Source: Candidatus Baldrarchaeum yapensis (lineage in GTDB: Archaea > Asgardarchaeota > Baldrarchaeia > Baldrarchaeales > Baldrarchaeaceae). Taken from it: a stretch of DNA of 32,000 nt. The DNA is taken from contig JAEOSH010000017.1 of assembly GCA_016840465.1 (NCBI GenBank), positions 1 through 32,000 of the forward strand, in the 5' to 3' direction. Each line of letters opens with the position of its first letter. The first letter of the stretch is position 1. The notes beneath the pieces are model-generated. The model ran no database searches. It was not told where the DNA came from and saw only the letters and a program-made list of their open reading frames with translations. Both the position numbers and the translations under genes were made by a program. Shown here piece after piece: positions 1 to 10,014 of this stretch.

Positions 1-546
1 ATAGTTTATGGTTTCGTCGGGCTCATGTTCATAGCTCCCGCCATTGCGGAGTTTTTTGGGCTGAGTAGCGGACAGGTGGTGCTGACGAGTGCAATTGTTC
101 TGACGATGATGGTGCTACCAACGATAGTCGACATTTCGACCGAGGTCATGTTTCTCGTTCCCAAAGAGTGGAAAGAAGCGGCATTTGCACTGGGAGCAGG
201 AAAATGGCAAGTCATAAAGGATGTGGTTTTGCCGACCTCGAAGAGCGGAATAGTTGCGGCGGTGATACTGGCGTTTGGAAGGGCCATAGGGGAGACAATT
301 GCGGTGTTACTAACGTGTGGTTGTGTTGGGGCAATGCCTGAGGGGAACGTTTTCCTCCAACCCGTATATGCGATAACGGCTGCCATTGTCGTCTACATGG
401 GAGAGGCCGAGTACGGCGGTACCCTATATCATGTTTTGTACGCGCTTGCTGCAATCCTCTTCATGATAACGTTCGTGATGAATCTGCTCGCCGATCTCAT
501 TCTGAGGAAGATGCTAGGAGGTGTGAGGAGTGAGGCCCGAATTTAA
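1..546 (+). CDS. pstC: Phosphate ABC transporter permease PstC (5'-truncated by the window edge)
   Basis: Frame is open from base 1 (IVYGFVGLMF...). Carries the EAAFALGA...VILAFGRAIGETIAV permease motif and is followed by pstA and pstB. Confidence 0.93.
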   Translation: MVYGFVGLMFIAPAIAEFFGLSSGQVVLTSAIVLTMMVLPTIVDISTEVMFLVPKEWKEAAFALGAGKWQVIKDVVLPTSKSGIVAAVILAFGRAIGETIAVLLTCGCVGAMPEGNVFLQPVYAITAAIVVYMGEAEYGGTLYHVLYALAAILFMITFVMNLLADLILRKMLGGVRSEARI

Positions 547-1363
547 GGATAAGATAATGCATGTGTTATTCCTCGTACCGACGCTCATAGCGGCGGGCAT
601 GCTTGTAATGATGTTAGCTTTTATGAGCGAGGGCATTGGACAGATCTCATGGAGGTTTTTGTCCTCAAGTATCTTCGAAGGTGGAATTTTCGAGCCCATC
701 ATGGGGACCTTCTTCCTCTTTCTGGGAACCGTGCTGATAACGATGCCCATCGGCATATTTGCCGCAATATACCTCGTCGAGTACGCGCCTAGAGATAGCA
801 AATTCGTCAGGATAGTTGATCAGGCGATAAACAACCTTGCGGGTGTGCCGTCGATAGTGATCGGACTTTTCGGGTACACATTCTTCTGTAAGATTCTGGG
901 GCTCGGAATATCGCTCGTTGCGGGTTGGCTCACCCTCACACTGATGATGCTCCCCATAATGATAAGGGGTACGGAGGAGGCTCTCAGGATGATACCTCAG
1001 TCCTTCAGGGAGGCGGCCATGGCGCTAGGTGCAACCAAATGGGAAACCGTGAGGGATGCCGTGCTTCCGGCCGCCATGCCCGGGATTCTAACGAGCATAC
1101 TTTTGGGTGTTGCGAGAGTTGCAGGTGAGACCGCCGCCATAATATTCACCGCCTCCGTGCTGACAATGAGGGGACTTCCGCGGACACCCCTTGAACCAGT
1201 GACATCACTGACCTTCTACCTGTTTGTGTTGCTGGTGGCGATCCCCAAGACGTCATACAAGGTGGCATTTGGTGTCGCATTGGTATTATTCGGAATAGTC
1301 TTCCTCTTTTCGGCGATAGCGACCGTCATAAGAATGTACTACCGCAGAAAGTGGAAGTGGTAA
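530..1363 (+). CDS. pstA: Phosphate ABC transporter permease PstA
   Basis: Motifs AIYLVEYA, LAGVPSIVIGLFG, EAAMALGATKWET and ARVAGETA. GTG start overlaps the end of pstC; alternative ATG at 557. Confidence 0.95.
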   Translation: MRPEFKDKIMHVLFLVPTLIAAGMLVMMLAFMSEGIGQISWRFLSSSIFEGGIFEPIMGTFFLFLGTVLITMPIGIFAAIYLVEYAPRDSKFVRIVDQAINNLAGVPSIVIGLFGYTFFCKILGLGISLVAGWLTLTLMMLPIMIRGTEEALRMIPQSFREAAMALGATKWETVRDAVLPAAMPGILTSILLGVARVAGETAAIIFTASVLTMRGLPRTPLEPVTSLTFYLFVLLVAIPKTSYKVAFGVALVLFGIVFLFSAIATVIRMYYRRKWKW

Positions 1364-1384
1364 CGGGGTAAAAATTTTTGTCCC

Positions 1385-1434
1385 CATCTACATACCGCTC
1401 TTCAAATCTATATAGATTATTTATTCATCTATAT
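1385..1434 (+). promoter_or_regulatory. Three phased (C/A)ATCTA(C/T)AT repeats including the palindrome AATCTATATAGATT; candidate regulator sites upstream of pstB
   Basis: Copies at 1385-1393, 1405-1413 and 1426-1434 (20 and 21 bp spacing). Perfect 14-bp palindrome at 1405-1418. TATA-like ATTATAAC near 1450. Confidence 0.45.
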
Positions 1435-1559
1435 GTTACTTCGAAAAGGATTATAACTGACCCCCTCGTGAGTAAGCATGGTGAACAAAAACGATATGCG
1501 AGTATTACCCTTCCAGCAAACGGAGAGTTTCCGGCTCTCCAAATCGCGGTGACGGAAAG

Positions 1560-2372
1560 ATGTTAACGGTCGCAACCTGCTGCATCCCAGAAGAATACTC
1601 CCATTCGTTCTCCCACAATCACGTCAAGTTGGAAACTCGAGATCTGAACGTGTGGTATGGGAGAAAGCACGTTCTGAAGAACATCAATATAAAGATTCCG
1701 GAGAAACGCGTCACCGCAATAATAGGACCCTCCGGTTGCGGAAAGACAACGTTTCTCAAGTCCCTTAACCGCCTGATAGAATTAGTGGACGGCGTGCGCG
1801 TGGAGGGAGAAGTGCTTCTCGACGGTGTTAACATCTATGACTCCCAACTAACGCCAACTGAGGTAAGAAAACGCGTGGGCATGGTGTTCCAGAAGCCAAA
1901 CCCCCTACCCAAGTCAATATACGAGAACGTCGCTTATGGGCCAAAACTCCATGGAATTAGGGACAAGGAGGAACTCGACAAAATCGTGAAGGAGGCACTG
2001 ATGGCCGCAGGGCTGTGGGATGAGGTAAAGGACAGGCTCCATGATTCCGCATTCGAACTTTCAGTGGGGCAGCAGCAGAGACTGTGCATAGCGCGCGCAA
2101 TTGCGGTGAAGCCGGAAGTCATCTTGATGGACGAACCCTGTGCATCGCTTGATCCCATCTCCACCGCCAAGGTTGAGGCGCTGATTCGAGAGCTGAGGGA
2201 AGAGTACACGATTGTGATAGTGACGCACAGCCTGCAACAGGCCATGAGGATCTCCGATTACACGGCGTTCTTCTACTACGGCGAGTTGATAGAATTCGGT
2301 CCCACCAAGAAGATCTTCGAGGAGCCCGAGCACGAACTCACGTACAGGTACATAACGGGTCAGTTTGGATAA
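1560..2372 (+). CDS. pstB: Phosphate ABC transporter ATP-binding protein PstB
   Basis: Walker [19 protein letters not shown], signature [14 protein letters not shown], Walker B LMDEP, and the pst context. Exact start is uncertain. Confidence 0.96.
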   Translation: MLTVATCCIPEEYSHSFSHNHVKLETRDLNVWYGRKHVLKNINIKIPEKRVTAIIGPSGCGKTTFLKSLNRLIELVDGVRVEGEVLLDGVNIYDSQLTPTEVRKRVGMVFQKPNPLPKSIYENVAYGPKLHGIRDKEELDKIVKEALMAAGLWDEVKDRLHDSAFELSVGQQQRLCIARAIAVKPEVILMDEPCASLDPISTAKVEALIRELREEYTIVIVTHSLQQAMRISDYTAFFYYGELIEFGPTKKIFEEPEHELTYRYITGQFG

Positions 2373-2375
2373 AAA

Positions 2376-2966
2376 TTAAAGGTTGATTTTTCGGAGAACC
2401 TTTTCCATAATTTCCTGATGCAGATTTCTGCCAGTACTGTCTATTGTGACAAAGAGCGGTCCGAATTTTTCCACCCTCAGAACCCAGAGGGCTTCCGGCA
2501 CCCCTAAATCAAGCCACTCCACGCGCTCGATGGAGGTTATCGCCCTTGCCGCCAAAACTCCCGCGCCCCCCGTGAATATACAGTAAACGGCTCCATACTC
2601 TCTGCACGCCATTGCAGTCTTCTCAAACATGCCTCCCTTTCCAATGATCATCCTGACTCCTAATTCCTTTATTATTTCGTGCTCGTAGTCCTCCATGCGC
2701 GCACTGGTGGTAGGACCCGCCGATAACACCTCCCACCCCCTCTCAAGCTTCCTGACTAGCGGGCCGCAGTGATAAAGCGCAAGTCCGTTCATATCTATCG
2801 GTAGCCTCCTCCCGGATCTCAGGTACTCAAGGATCCTCTTATGAGCGGCATCCCTCGCGGTTACAACGGTTCCACTAAGATAAACGATATCTCCCACTCT
2901 TAACTTCCTAATGACACCCTCCGTGAGCGGAGTTCTCAGGTGGTATTCACGTACCGCGCTCGTCAT
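2376..2966 (-). CDS. Class I fumarate hydratase / tartrate dehydratase beta subunit (Fe-S hydro-lyase C-terminal family)
   Basis: Motifs GDIVYLSG...TARDAAHKR, GPTTSARM, IIGKGGM, LGVPEALW and FGPLFVTIDS. Confidence 0.9.
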   Translation of the reverse strand: MTSAVREYHLRTPLTEGVIRKLRVGDIVYLSGTVVTARDAAHKRILEYLRSGRRLPIDMNGLALYHCGPLVRKLERGWEVLSAGPTTSARMEDYEHEIIKELGVRMIIGKGGMFEKTAMACREYGAVYCIFTGGAGVLAARAITSIERVEWLDLGVPEALWVLRVEKFGPLFVTIDSTGRNLHQEIMEKVLRKINL

Positions 2967-2991
2967 GCCGGCAATACTCCCTGGTTTTCTT

Positions 2992-3381
2992 TTAACCGCC
3001 CTCTTCCTTTACCGGAACAAACTTGTGAACCACCATTTTCTCCCTTCCCACGGTCACTTCCATGAAGTCCAGCCTGACAGGCATCCCTATCTTGAGATCT
3101 TCGTACTTCCCATCTATCCTCGAGAGCACTTTAACCCCTTCGTCCAGCTCCACAATCCCTAAAACCCCGGGAGGGAAGAGTATCGGATCTGGGTTTGTTG
3201 TGAAGGCGTACAGCTTCCCGCGTCCTGAAATTTCTCTCCACTCGAGATTCCTGGATCCGCAGAACGGGCAGAAGTTCCTAGGCGGATATATGTACTTGTC
3301 GCATTTCCCGCAGTACGGGAGCATAAACTTCCTACTACTTATATAGCCGAGAAACTTCTTTATAGGATCTTCAAACTCCAT
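2992..3381 (-). CDS. DUF35-family Zn-ribbon/OB-fold protein (thiolase partner)
   Basis: CGKC..YPPRNFCPFCG Zn ribbon followed by the GIVELDEG...IGMPV OB fold. Lies directly downstream of a thiolase-fold gene. Confidence 0.9.
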   Translation of the reverse strand: MEFEDPIKKFLGYISSRKFMLPYCGKCDKYIYPPRNFCPFCGSRNLEWREISGRGKLYAFTTNPDPILFPPGVLGIVELDEGVKVLSRIDGKYEDLKIGMPVRLDFMEVTVGREKMVVHKFVPVKEEGG

Positions 3382-3385
3382 AGCA

Positions 3386-4570
3386 TCACCCCTTCTCCAA
3401 AATCATCACCATGGATCCATTAACTGCTCCATGTTCTGCATGCACGGCGCCAACCTCTGCATCCTTCACCTGACGTTGCCCCGCTCTTCCGGTCAGTTGT
3501 AGAAATATTTCATAAACCTCGGCGAGCGGCGTGACATGTGGAGGATGGCCAAGCGACAGACGTCCACCGGAAGTGTTTATCGGGATCTCCCCATCGATTG
3601 TCGTCCTATCCTCCTTAATCGCCTGGATAGCCTCCCCCTTCCTGAAAAATCCCAACTCCTCGTATAACATTACCTCCGTTCCGCTGAATGGACCATAGAC
3701 CTCCGCAACGTCTATATCTTTTATCTTTCTCCCCGACTTCTGTAGAGCCTCCTCCATAGCCTTTCGGGCGCATGGGAATTCCGTCGCCGAGCCATATACG
3801 GGGAAGAAGCTTGTGGGATCATGGTGCTCCCCAATTCCGGTTATGTAAACCCTGTCCACGCCGAGATCCTTAGCCACCTTCTCGCTAGCAAGTATCAGAG
3901 CTGCCGCCCCCTCAGATGTTGGGCAACAGTCCAGAATGTGCAATGGTGGGCACACGACCTTCGACTTGAGAACGTCCTCTACTGTTATGGGATCCCGAAA
4001 CTGAGCCTTCTCGTTCATTGATGCATGTTTCCTCAGCACCACCGGAACGTATGCGAGATCCTCTCTCGAGACTCCGTACTCGTACATGTACCGCTGTGTT
4101 ATCATTGCGTAGTAAACGATTGGTTTCATTATTCCGTACCTCTTGTCGAGTGGACCATAGAATCCATTGACAAGGTACAAGAGATACATGTGGCGCTGGG
4201 GGTTCCACTCCTCCCTGACTACTTGCTTCTCGGCGGCATACACCAGCGCAATGTTGCATCTGCCCATTAGTATCTCGAAGGCGGCATACTTCAGCGCAAC
4301 AAGACTACTCACCCCACCTATCTCAACCATAGCTTGGGCCTTCGTATCGGTAAAGAAGTACTCCCCTAGGTGCTGAGTTGCAAGCCAGTCGACGTCCTCG
4401 GGGTCGATTATATAGCCCTGAGGAACCGTGAAGATCCCGTTAATGTCCCGAGGGCCTATGCCTGCCATGTCAAGGGCCTCGAATATCGCCATGAGAGCAA
4501 GTTCCCTAGAGCCGCGATCCCACTTTCTACGGATCGGTGTCATCCCAGCGCCTATTATTGCCACCCTCAA
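3386..4570 (-). CDS. SCP2/thiolase-fold protein lacking the catalytic Cys (possible Ltp2-like aldolase)
   Basis: VAIIGAGMT N-terminus, AQFRDPIT, DCCPTSEGAAALIL and INTSGGRLSLGHP. VEIGGVSS replaces VExACASG. Likely TTG start at 4570; the ORF is open to 4627. Confidence 0.82.
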   Translation of the reverse strand: MRVAIIGAGMTPIRRKWDRGSRELALMAIFEALDMAGIGPRDINGIFTVPQGYIIDPEDVDWLATQHLGEYFFTDTKAQAMVEIGGVSSLVALKYAAFEILMGRCNIALVYAAEKQVVREEWNPQRHMYLLYLVNGFYGPLDKRYGIMKPIVYYAMITQRYMYEYGVSREDLAYVPVVLRKHASMNEKAQFRDPITVEDVLKSKVVCPPLHILDCCPTSEGAAALILASEKVAKDLGVDRVYITGIGEHHDPTSFFPVYGSATEFPCARKAMEEALQKSGRKIKDIDVAEVYGPFSGTEVMLYEELGFFRKGEAIQAIKEDRTTIDGEIPINTSGGRLSLGHPPHVTPLAEVYEIFLQLTGRAGQRQVKDAEVGAVHAEHGAVNGSMVMILEKG

Positions 4571-5032
4571 GATCCCCACCACCCAATACCGATTTTCGTG
4601 CATTATCCATCTCTTTGTAAAATTCATTCATTTACGTCTTATGTAAATTTAACAAACACAACCTCACGATACTGCACTTGTGCGATACTATCGGAAAATA
4701 TCCGCAGATGTTCTGTAAGACCCCATTAATGGCTCCTCCATGTATCTGCACTATTCTAAAAAACCCCACTATCAGCAATGTGATTCCCGCCTTGAGTTGC
4801 AAATACGTCATTCGAGCGACGATATCTTCCCATTCGAGACATATGCTCCTTTTTGGCGGATGTTCGTAGACATTAATGTAATTTAGGAACAACCCGATTG
4901 TGCAAATATCTGGAAGTCAAAGTGGAAGTATATTGTCCATAGTCGCGCAGTGTCCGGCCTAACAGATACGTGCTTTACCTCAGGTGCGTTCATATAAAGA
5001 TGCAATTTCTGTACGGTCGTAACCGCAACCAA

Positions 5033-5896
5033 TCACTCCCTTGATTTCGTCGGTGATATGAACGGGTCGAACGACGCGTATTTTGCGCGCAACTGCTCTA
5101 TCTGCGATCTCTTTCTAAAGTACTCCTGAACTGTCCATTTAAGCCACTCAAAGTGCTCCCTCCACTCCTCCTCAGTCCACTTGCTGTGTTCGTACGGATC
5201 CTCCGGGAACTTTATTCTGATCCTTCCGTTGGAAATTTCTATCTTCCCGGTGAGGTCGCAAATTGGACACCGTGCAACGTCTCCCCGTATTTCCAGAGCC
5301 CTCGAGCCGCATATCGGACACTCATTTTCCTCCGTCTTTGGTAGAATTTTCTCTCCCTTAAGTGCCCTGATTATCTTAGCGCCCATCTCCCTCGCCCTAC
5401 CTATCACTTCTTCGTCCATCAGGATCTCGCCAGGCCCAGTCGCATATGCAACGAGGCGGTCGATTATCCTAAAGCCTTGTATCAGCAGGAAGAGAGAGGC
5501 CATTGGCACAGCAAAACCCTCCCAGCCGCGCAACCCGGCAGTTACTATGAGCGCCGCGGGCTTCCTCCTAAACCTTTCTGCCTTGGGGAATAGACTTAGG
5601 ACGCGATCCATGACCATCTTGAGAATCCCGGGCACGCTGAGAATGTACGTGGGGGTTCCGAGAACCACCGCATCGCTCTTCGCAATTTCTTCAAAGACCC
5701 AGTCCACGTCATCACCCAGTTTGCACTCTTCATAGAAGCAGTGGTAGCACGCCTTGCAAACCTTTACCGTTAATTTTGGAAGTCTTATCGCGTGAACCTC
5801 GGCTCCCAGTTTCTGCGCCTCCAGAAGCGCCTCCTTGACCAGAATCTCCGTGTTCCCTAGTCTTCTGTAACTGGTGATGATTCCGAGAACTCTCAA
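5033..5896 (-). CDS. Flavodoxin-fold NAD(P)H-dependent FMN reductase / iron-sulfur flavoprotein (Isf-like) with C-terminal Zn finger
   Basis: SYRRLGNT FMN loop, CKACYHC-x4-C cluster motif, VVLGTPTY, and C-terminal CPICG...CPIC. Confidence 0.82.
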   Translation of the reverse strand: MRVLGIITSYRRLGNTEILVKEALLEAQKLGAEVHAIRLPKLTVKVCKACYHCFYEECKLGDDVDWVFEEIAKSDAVVLGTPTYILSVPGILKMVMDRVLSLFPKAERFRRKPAALIVTAGLRGWEGFAVPMASLFLLIQGFRIIDRLVAYATGPGEILMDEEVIGRAREMGAKIIRALKGEKILPKTEENECPICGSRALEIRGDVARCPICDLTGKIEISNGRIRIKFPEDPYEHSKWTEEEWREHFEWLKWTVQEYFRKRSQIEQLRAKYASFDPFISPTKSRE

Positions 5897-5954
5897 GAAA
5901 AATCACCCTAGATATATTGCGAAATATCCACGAAAAATCTTTCGTATTGCGTTT

Positions 5955-7064
5955 TCAGCTTTCCCTTCTCGCAAAGATGCCGGGATCATAGCCCCTAAGC
6001 CGCAACCACTCCGCCGTTTTTCCGGTGATTATCAGGTTCTTCCTGCGAAGATCTTCTATTTTCTTAGACCCCGTGACGAACATCACGATCCTAATTTCCG
6101 TCATTATTCTCCTAAGGTAACGCACAACCTCGTCGTGGTTGCCCTCATAGGCGTGCTTGAGGAGGGGATAGGCTATTCCCACGGCGTCTGCTCCGAGTGA
6201 TAGAAGCTTTGCGGCATCAAGTCCCGTCCTCACGCCTCCCGTTGCAATTATTGTCAGGTCGCTCGCCTCCATGGCAACCTCTATTGTCGAGATAGCTGTG
6301 GGTATCCCCCACTTCCAGAAGACCTTTCCAATGTTCGCCCTCTCGAGATCCCCCAGCAGTCTTACTCTTATAGTTTCAAGTCTCGCCCAGTTTGTTCCGC
6401 CAGCCCCGCCTACGTCTATACCCTTAACTCCGGCGTCTTTGAGAAGTTTTGCTTGCTCTCTGGCGATTCCAAAGCCGACCTCCTTCGCTATTACGGGCAC
6501 ATCTAAGTTCTCACAGATTCTTGTAATCGCCCTCAGAACCCCGCGAAACCTCGCCTTTCCCTCGTATTGAAGGGCCTCCTGGAGGGGATTTAGATGTATT
6601 GCTAGAGCATCCGCCTCTATCATCTCAACGACCCGTTCTGCCACCTCGACAGGCCTCTCTATTATCTCCGCCGCTCCAATGTTTGCTATAAGGAAAGCGT
6701 TGGGAGCGTTGTCCCTCGCAACCCTGTACGTGTACACTAGAGATGGATCCTCGAGAGCCGCGCGCTGACTTCCGACGCCCATAGCTATGTTCAACTCCTC
6801 CGCAACTCTCGCAAGCAGGGCATTTATCCTGGCGGCCTCCGGGTGTCCTCCCGTCATGCTGGCGATAACTATCGGGGCGCTCAACCTCTTCCCGAAGAAC
6901 CTTATCGAAACGTCCGTTTCCTCAAAGTCCACCTCCGGAAGGGCGTTATGTACAAACTCTATATCCTCTAGTCCGGTTGTCATATCGGACTTCTCGACGT
7001 TTTCAGTCAACGTGAGAATTATATGATCGAACTTCCTCCGAGAAGTCATATTCTCTCTAGCCAT
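5955..7064 (-). CDS. fni: Type 2 isopentenyl-diphosphate delta-isomerase
   Basis: Motifs RRKFDHI, IASMTGG, GVGSQR, IHLNPLQE, KEVGFG, GAGGTNW and ATGGVRTG. ATG at 7064 overlaps the mvk stop. Confidence 0.96.
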   Translation of the reverse strand: MARENMTSRRKFDHIILTLTENVEKSDMTTGLEDIEFVHNALPEVDFEETDVSIRFFGKRLSAPIVIASMTGGHPEAARINALLARVAEELNIAMGVGSQRAALEDPSLVYTYRVARDNAPNAFLIANIGAAEIIERPVEVAERVVEMIEADALAIHLNPLQEALQYEGKARFRGVLRAITRICENLDVPVIAKEVGFGIAREQAKLLKDAGVKGIDVGGAGGTNWARLETIRVRLLGDLERANIGKVFWKWGIPTAISTIEVAMEASDLTIIATGGVRTGLDAAKLLSLGADAVGIAYPLLKHAYEGNHDEVVRYLRRIMTEIRIVMFVTGSKKIEDLRRKNLIITGKTAEWLRLRGYDPGIFARRES

Positions 7065-8052
7065 GAGCCCCACCGCTCTCTATTCTTGCGCCCTCAAACT
7101 CTATTTCTGCCAAGAACGCATCACGGCCGACCCGTTTGATGGATTCTACCACATTGTTGATCGCGTTCTTGGCGGGTAACGCAATTATACAACCCCCACC
7201 GCCGGCACCGGTAAGTTTCGCTCCAAGCGCTCCAGCTTTCCGCGCCGCATTTACCAACATTGATATTTCGGGGCTCGAAACTCCGAGCGCCTCCAGAAGA
7301 CCCTGATTTATGTTCATGAGGTCACCCAGCTTCTCAAGGTCGCCGTCCACGAGAGCCTGCACCGAGAGTAGGGATAACCTCCCTATTGCCCTTATGACTT
7401 CCTCTATCACGTCCGGATACTTCTCCCTAAGCATCCTCACGCGCGCAACCATCTTGCCTGTGCTGCGGCTCACGCCCGTATCTCCCACAACGAGGGGTAT
7501 CGTTTGGCCAAGACGTATTCTTTTCATGGATCCCTTTCGGTACAGTATCACACCGCCGTGGAGCGAAAGGGTGTTATCTATTCCGCTAGGTCTTCCATGT
7601 ACAATTTTTTCCGATTCAAAGGCAATATTCCAAATGTCGTTCGGAGACATATCGACGGAAAATATTTCCTTGAGGGCGAGTGCCAATGCGGTTGCAAGCG
7701 CGGCCGAAGATCCAAGACCCGCTGATTCCGGGATCTCCGATCGTATTTCTACTCTAAGCCCGTGCTTTAGGGGATGTCCATGAAGTTCGAGCATTTTGTG
7801 ACATAGATGCCAAAGGGGTTTTAACTCGGCTGAAACTCCCTCGAGTTCCCCTCTTGTGCACTTTTCCAAGCGCATCGATTCCCTGATTTTTAGGTTTCTC
7901 GATTCTATTTCTATCCTGTCGGTTGCGATTTCCTCAACGGACACGTACACGCGCCTTCTTATTGCTGCTGCGATTGCGGGTTCCCCATAGACGACGGCAT
8001 GTTCTCCAAAGAGTATGACCTTGCCGGGTGCGGACGCCACTACTCTGTTCAA
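7057..8052 (-). CDS. mvk: Mevalonate kinase
   Basis: Motifs SAPGKVILFGEHAVVYG, GLGSSAA, HGRPSGID and KLTGAGGGG. Likely TTG start at 8052. Confidence 0.95.
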   Translation of the reverse strand: MNRVVASAPGKVILFGEHAVVYGEPAIAAAIRRRVYVSVEEIATDRIEIESRNLKIRESMRLEKCTRGELEGVSAELKPLWHLCHKMLELHGHPLKHGLRVEIRSEIPESAGLGSSAALATALALALKEIFSVDMSPNDIWNIAFESEKIVHGRPSGIDNTLSLHGGVILYRKGSMKRIRLGQTIPLVVGDTGVSRSTGKMVARVRMLREKYPDVIEEVIRAIGRLSLLSVQALVDGDLEKLGDLMNINQGLLEALGVSSPEISMLVNAARKAGALGAKLTGAGGGGCIIALPAKNAINNVVESIKRVGRDAFLAEIEFEGARIESGGAHG

Positions 8053-8515
8053 GCCGACACACCGCTTTCGACACTCTGGAGGGGTTGTCAAGTTGTTGCT
8101 TTTGACACCTAGGTGGGGTTCTGCTAGTTGTAAGATGGGAGAGGGGCACCCCTTTTATTCTTATGGGTTCACATTGGACGATGTCTTTCGATAGTCGCAG
8201 ATGTCAGATATATCGATGTGAAATATTTCATGAGTTTAAAAATTGGAGTTTGAAGTGCCAGAAAGGGTTAAAGAATTTGACCACTTTAAAAGGCATGTAT
8301 ACGTGCTTTACGTACATTCGTCAAATATGCAAGAATTGCGAATGATATATGACGGAAAAAATCATGCAGATTTGCCACATTGTCATAATCATTTTGTGGG
8401 TGTCGAATTTTATGATCAGAAAATTGGCAATCGCTCAAATAAACCTTATATACCGATAATGCCGATACCTTAAGACTACAAACATTCCGTTTTGGAAACC
8501 ATGAGGGTGCAGCGA

Positions 8516-10012
8516 ATGGTAATGCGTCCATCGAAAAAGGTCGGTATCGTCGGGTGGGGCGCCTATGTACCGATGTACAGAATAAAGACCAGAGAAATTG
8601 CACGAGTCTGGGGGAAGGACCCCAGGCGCTACGAGGAGATGCTACTTATAGAGGAAAAGGCGGTGGCGGGGCCCGACGAAGACACCGCAACCATAGCCAT
8701 AGAGGCCGCGCAGAACGCAATAATGAGGGCGCAAATAGAGCCATCGGAAATAGGAGCGGTGTTTGTCGGCACCGAATCTAAACCCTACGCTGTCAAGCCC
8801 ACTGCAACCATAGTGGCCGAGGCAGTAGGAGCCACGCCCAACACCCTGGCCGCTGACTTTGAGTTCGCATGCAAGGCGGGTACCGAAAACCTCCAATGCG
8901 TAATAGGACTCGTGGGTTCAGGGATGATAAAATACGGCATGTCGATAGGGGCAGATGTTGCCCAAAGTGCTCCGGGAGACGAGTTGGAATTTGCGGCCGC
9001 GGCGGGAGGGGCCGCGTTTATAATAGGGGAGACTAATCATAACGTTGCCGCGCGCATAGAGGCATCTTACTCTTTTGTCACTGACACTCCCGACTTCTGG
9101 AGAAGGGAGGGGCAACCGTATCCCAAGCATGGAGAGGGGTTCACTGGGGAGCCCGCGTATTTCAGGCATGTGTTGTCGGCAGCGCGGGCCCTCATGGAGG
9201 AGTTAAGTATAACCCCGAGGGATATAGACTATGTTGTTTTCCACATGCCGAATGGAAAGTTCCCCCTGAAGGCCGCGCGCATTCTCGGATTTTCGAGAGA
9301 GCAGATCCTTCCCGGGCTTGTGGTGAGGAAAATAGGGAACACCTACTCTGCATCTTCCCTGCTCGGGCTTGTTTCCGTGCTCGAGGTGTCCAAACCCGGT
9401 GATAATATACTCCTCGTGTCATACGGTTCCGGGGCCGGGAGTGATGCCTTCCTGATAACGGTTGAGGACGCCATAGAGGAGAAGAAGGACCTTGCCCCAC
9501 GTATTGTCGATTACATTGAGAGGAAGAGATATGTCGACTATGCGATCTACGCGAAGTGGAGAGGTAAGATTCTGATACCGCGCAGGTCGGGAAACTCACA
9601 CGCTCCAAAGCACTGGAGGGAAATTCCTCAGCGCTACAAGTTGATGGGATCTCAGTGCGAGGGTTGTGGAAAGATATACTTCCCACCGAGGCCCGTCTGC
9701 CCGAACTGTAGATCGACGGAGATGGTGTACGTTCCCTTGCCGCGAAGAGGAAGGGTTGTAAACTACACCGTGATAAGGCAACCCCCACTCGAGTTCAAGT
9801 ACCACGCTCCATACGTTGTCGCAATTGTGGAGTTGGAAAATGGGGTTAGGATAACCTCCCAGCTGACCGATGTGAGTCCCGAGGACGTCAGAATTGGAAT
9901 GGAAGTCGAGGCCGTGATAAGAAAGTTGGGCGAGGACGGCGTCGACGGTATAATATTCTACGGCTTTAAATTCAGACCCGCGCTTCATAACGGAAACTCC
10001 CATATCTCCTAA
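8516..10012 (+). CDS. Archaeal HMG-CoA synthase fused in frame to a C-terminal DUF35 Zn-ribbon/OB domain
   Basis: [12 protein letters not shown], catalytic [15 protein letters not shown] and SYGSGAGSD, then [23 protein letters not shown] and an OB fold with no stop between the domains. GAGGGTG RBS precedes ATG 8516. Confidence 0.92.
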   Translation: MVMRPSKKVGIVGWGAYVPMYRIKTREIARVWGKDPRRYEEMLLIEEKAVAGPDEDTATIAIEAAQNAIMRAQIEPSEIGAVFVGTESKPYAVKPTATIVAEAVGATPNTLAADFEFACKAGTENLQCVIGLVGSGMIKYGMSIGADVAQSAPGDELEFAAAAGGAAFIIGETNHNVAARIEASYSFVTDTPDFWRREGQPYPKHGEGFTGEPAYFRHVLSAARALMEELSITPRDIDYVVFHMPNGKFPLKAARILGFSREQILPGLVVRKIGNTYSASSLLGLVSVLEVSKPGDNILLVSYGSGAGSDAFLITVEDAIEEKKDLAPRIVDYIERKRYVDYAIYAKWRGKILIPRRSGNSHAPKHWREIPQRYKLMGSQCEGCGKIYFPPRPVCPNCRSTEMVYVPLPRRGRVVNYTVIRQPPLEFKYHAPYVVAIVELENGVRITSQLTDVSPEDVRIGMEVEAVIRKLGEDGVDGIIFYGFKFRPALHNGNSHIS

Positions 10013-10014
10013 CT

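Noticed and set aside
3386-4570. Assignment as the mevalonate-pathway acetoacetyl-CoA thiolase
   Set aside because: It lacks the catalytic Cys and the HDxF and GHPxGATG motifs despite lying near mvk, fni and HMGCS.
4628-5032. ORFs 4632-4892 and 4678-4869
   Set aside because: No recognisable motif or RBS, and atypical composition. Treated as intergenic.
8163-8603. Short ORFs in the mvk/HMGCS gap (for example 8243-8473)
   Set aside because: No domain signal, and the mutually overlapping frames in an AT-rich promoter region argue against coding.
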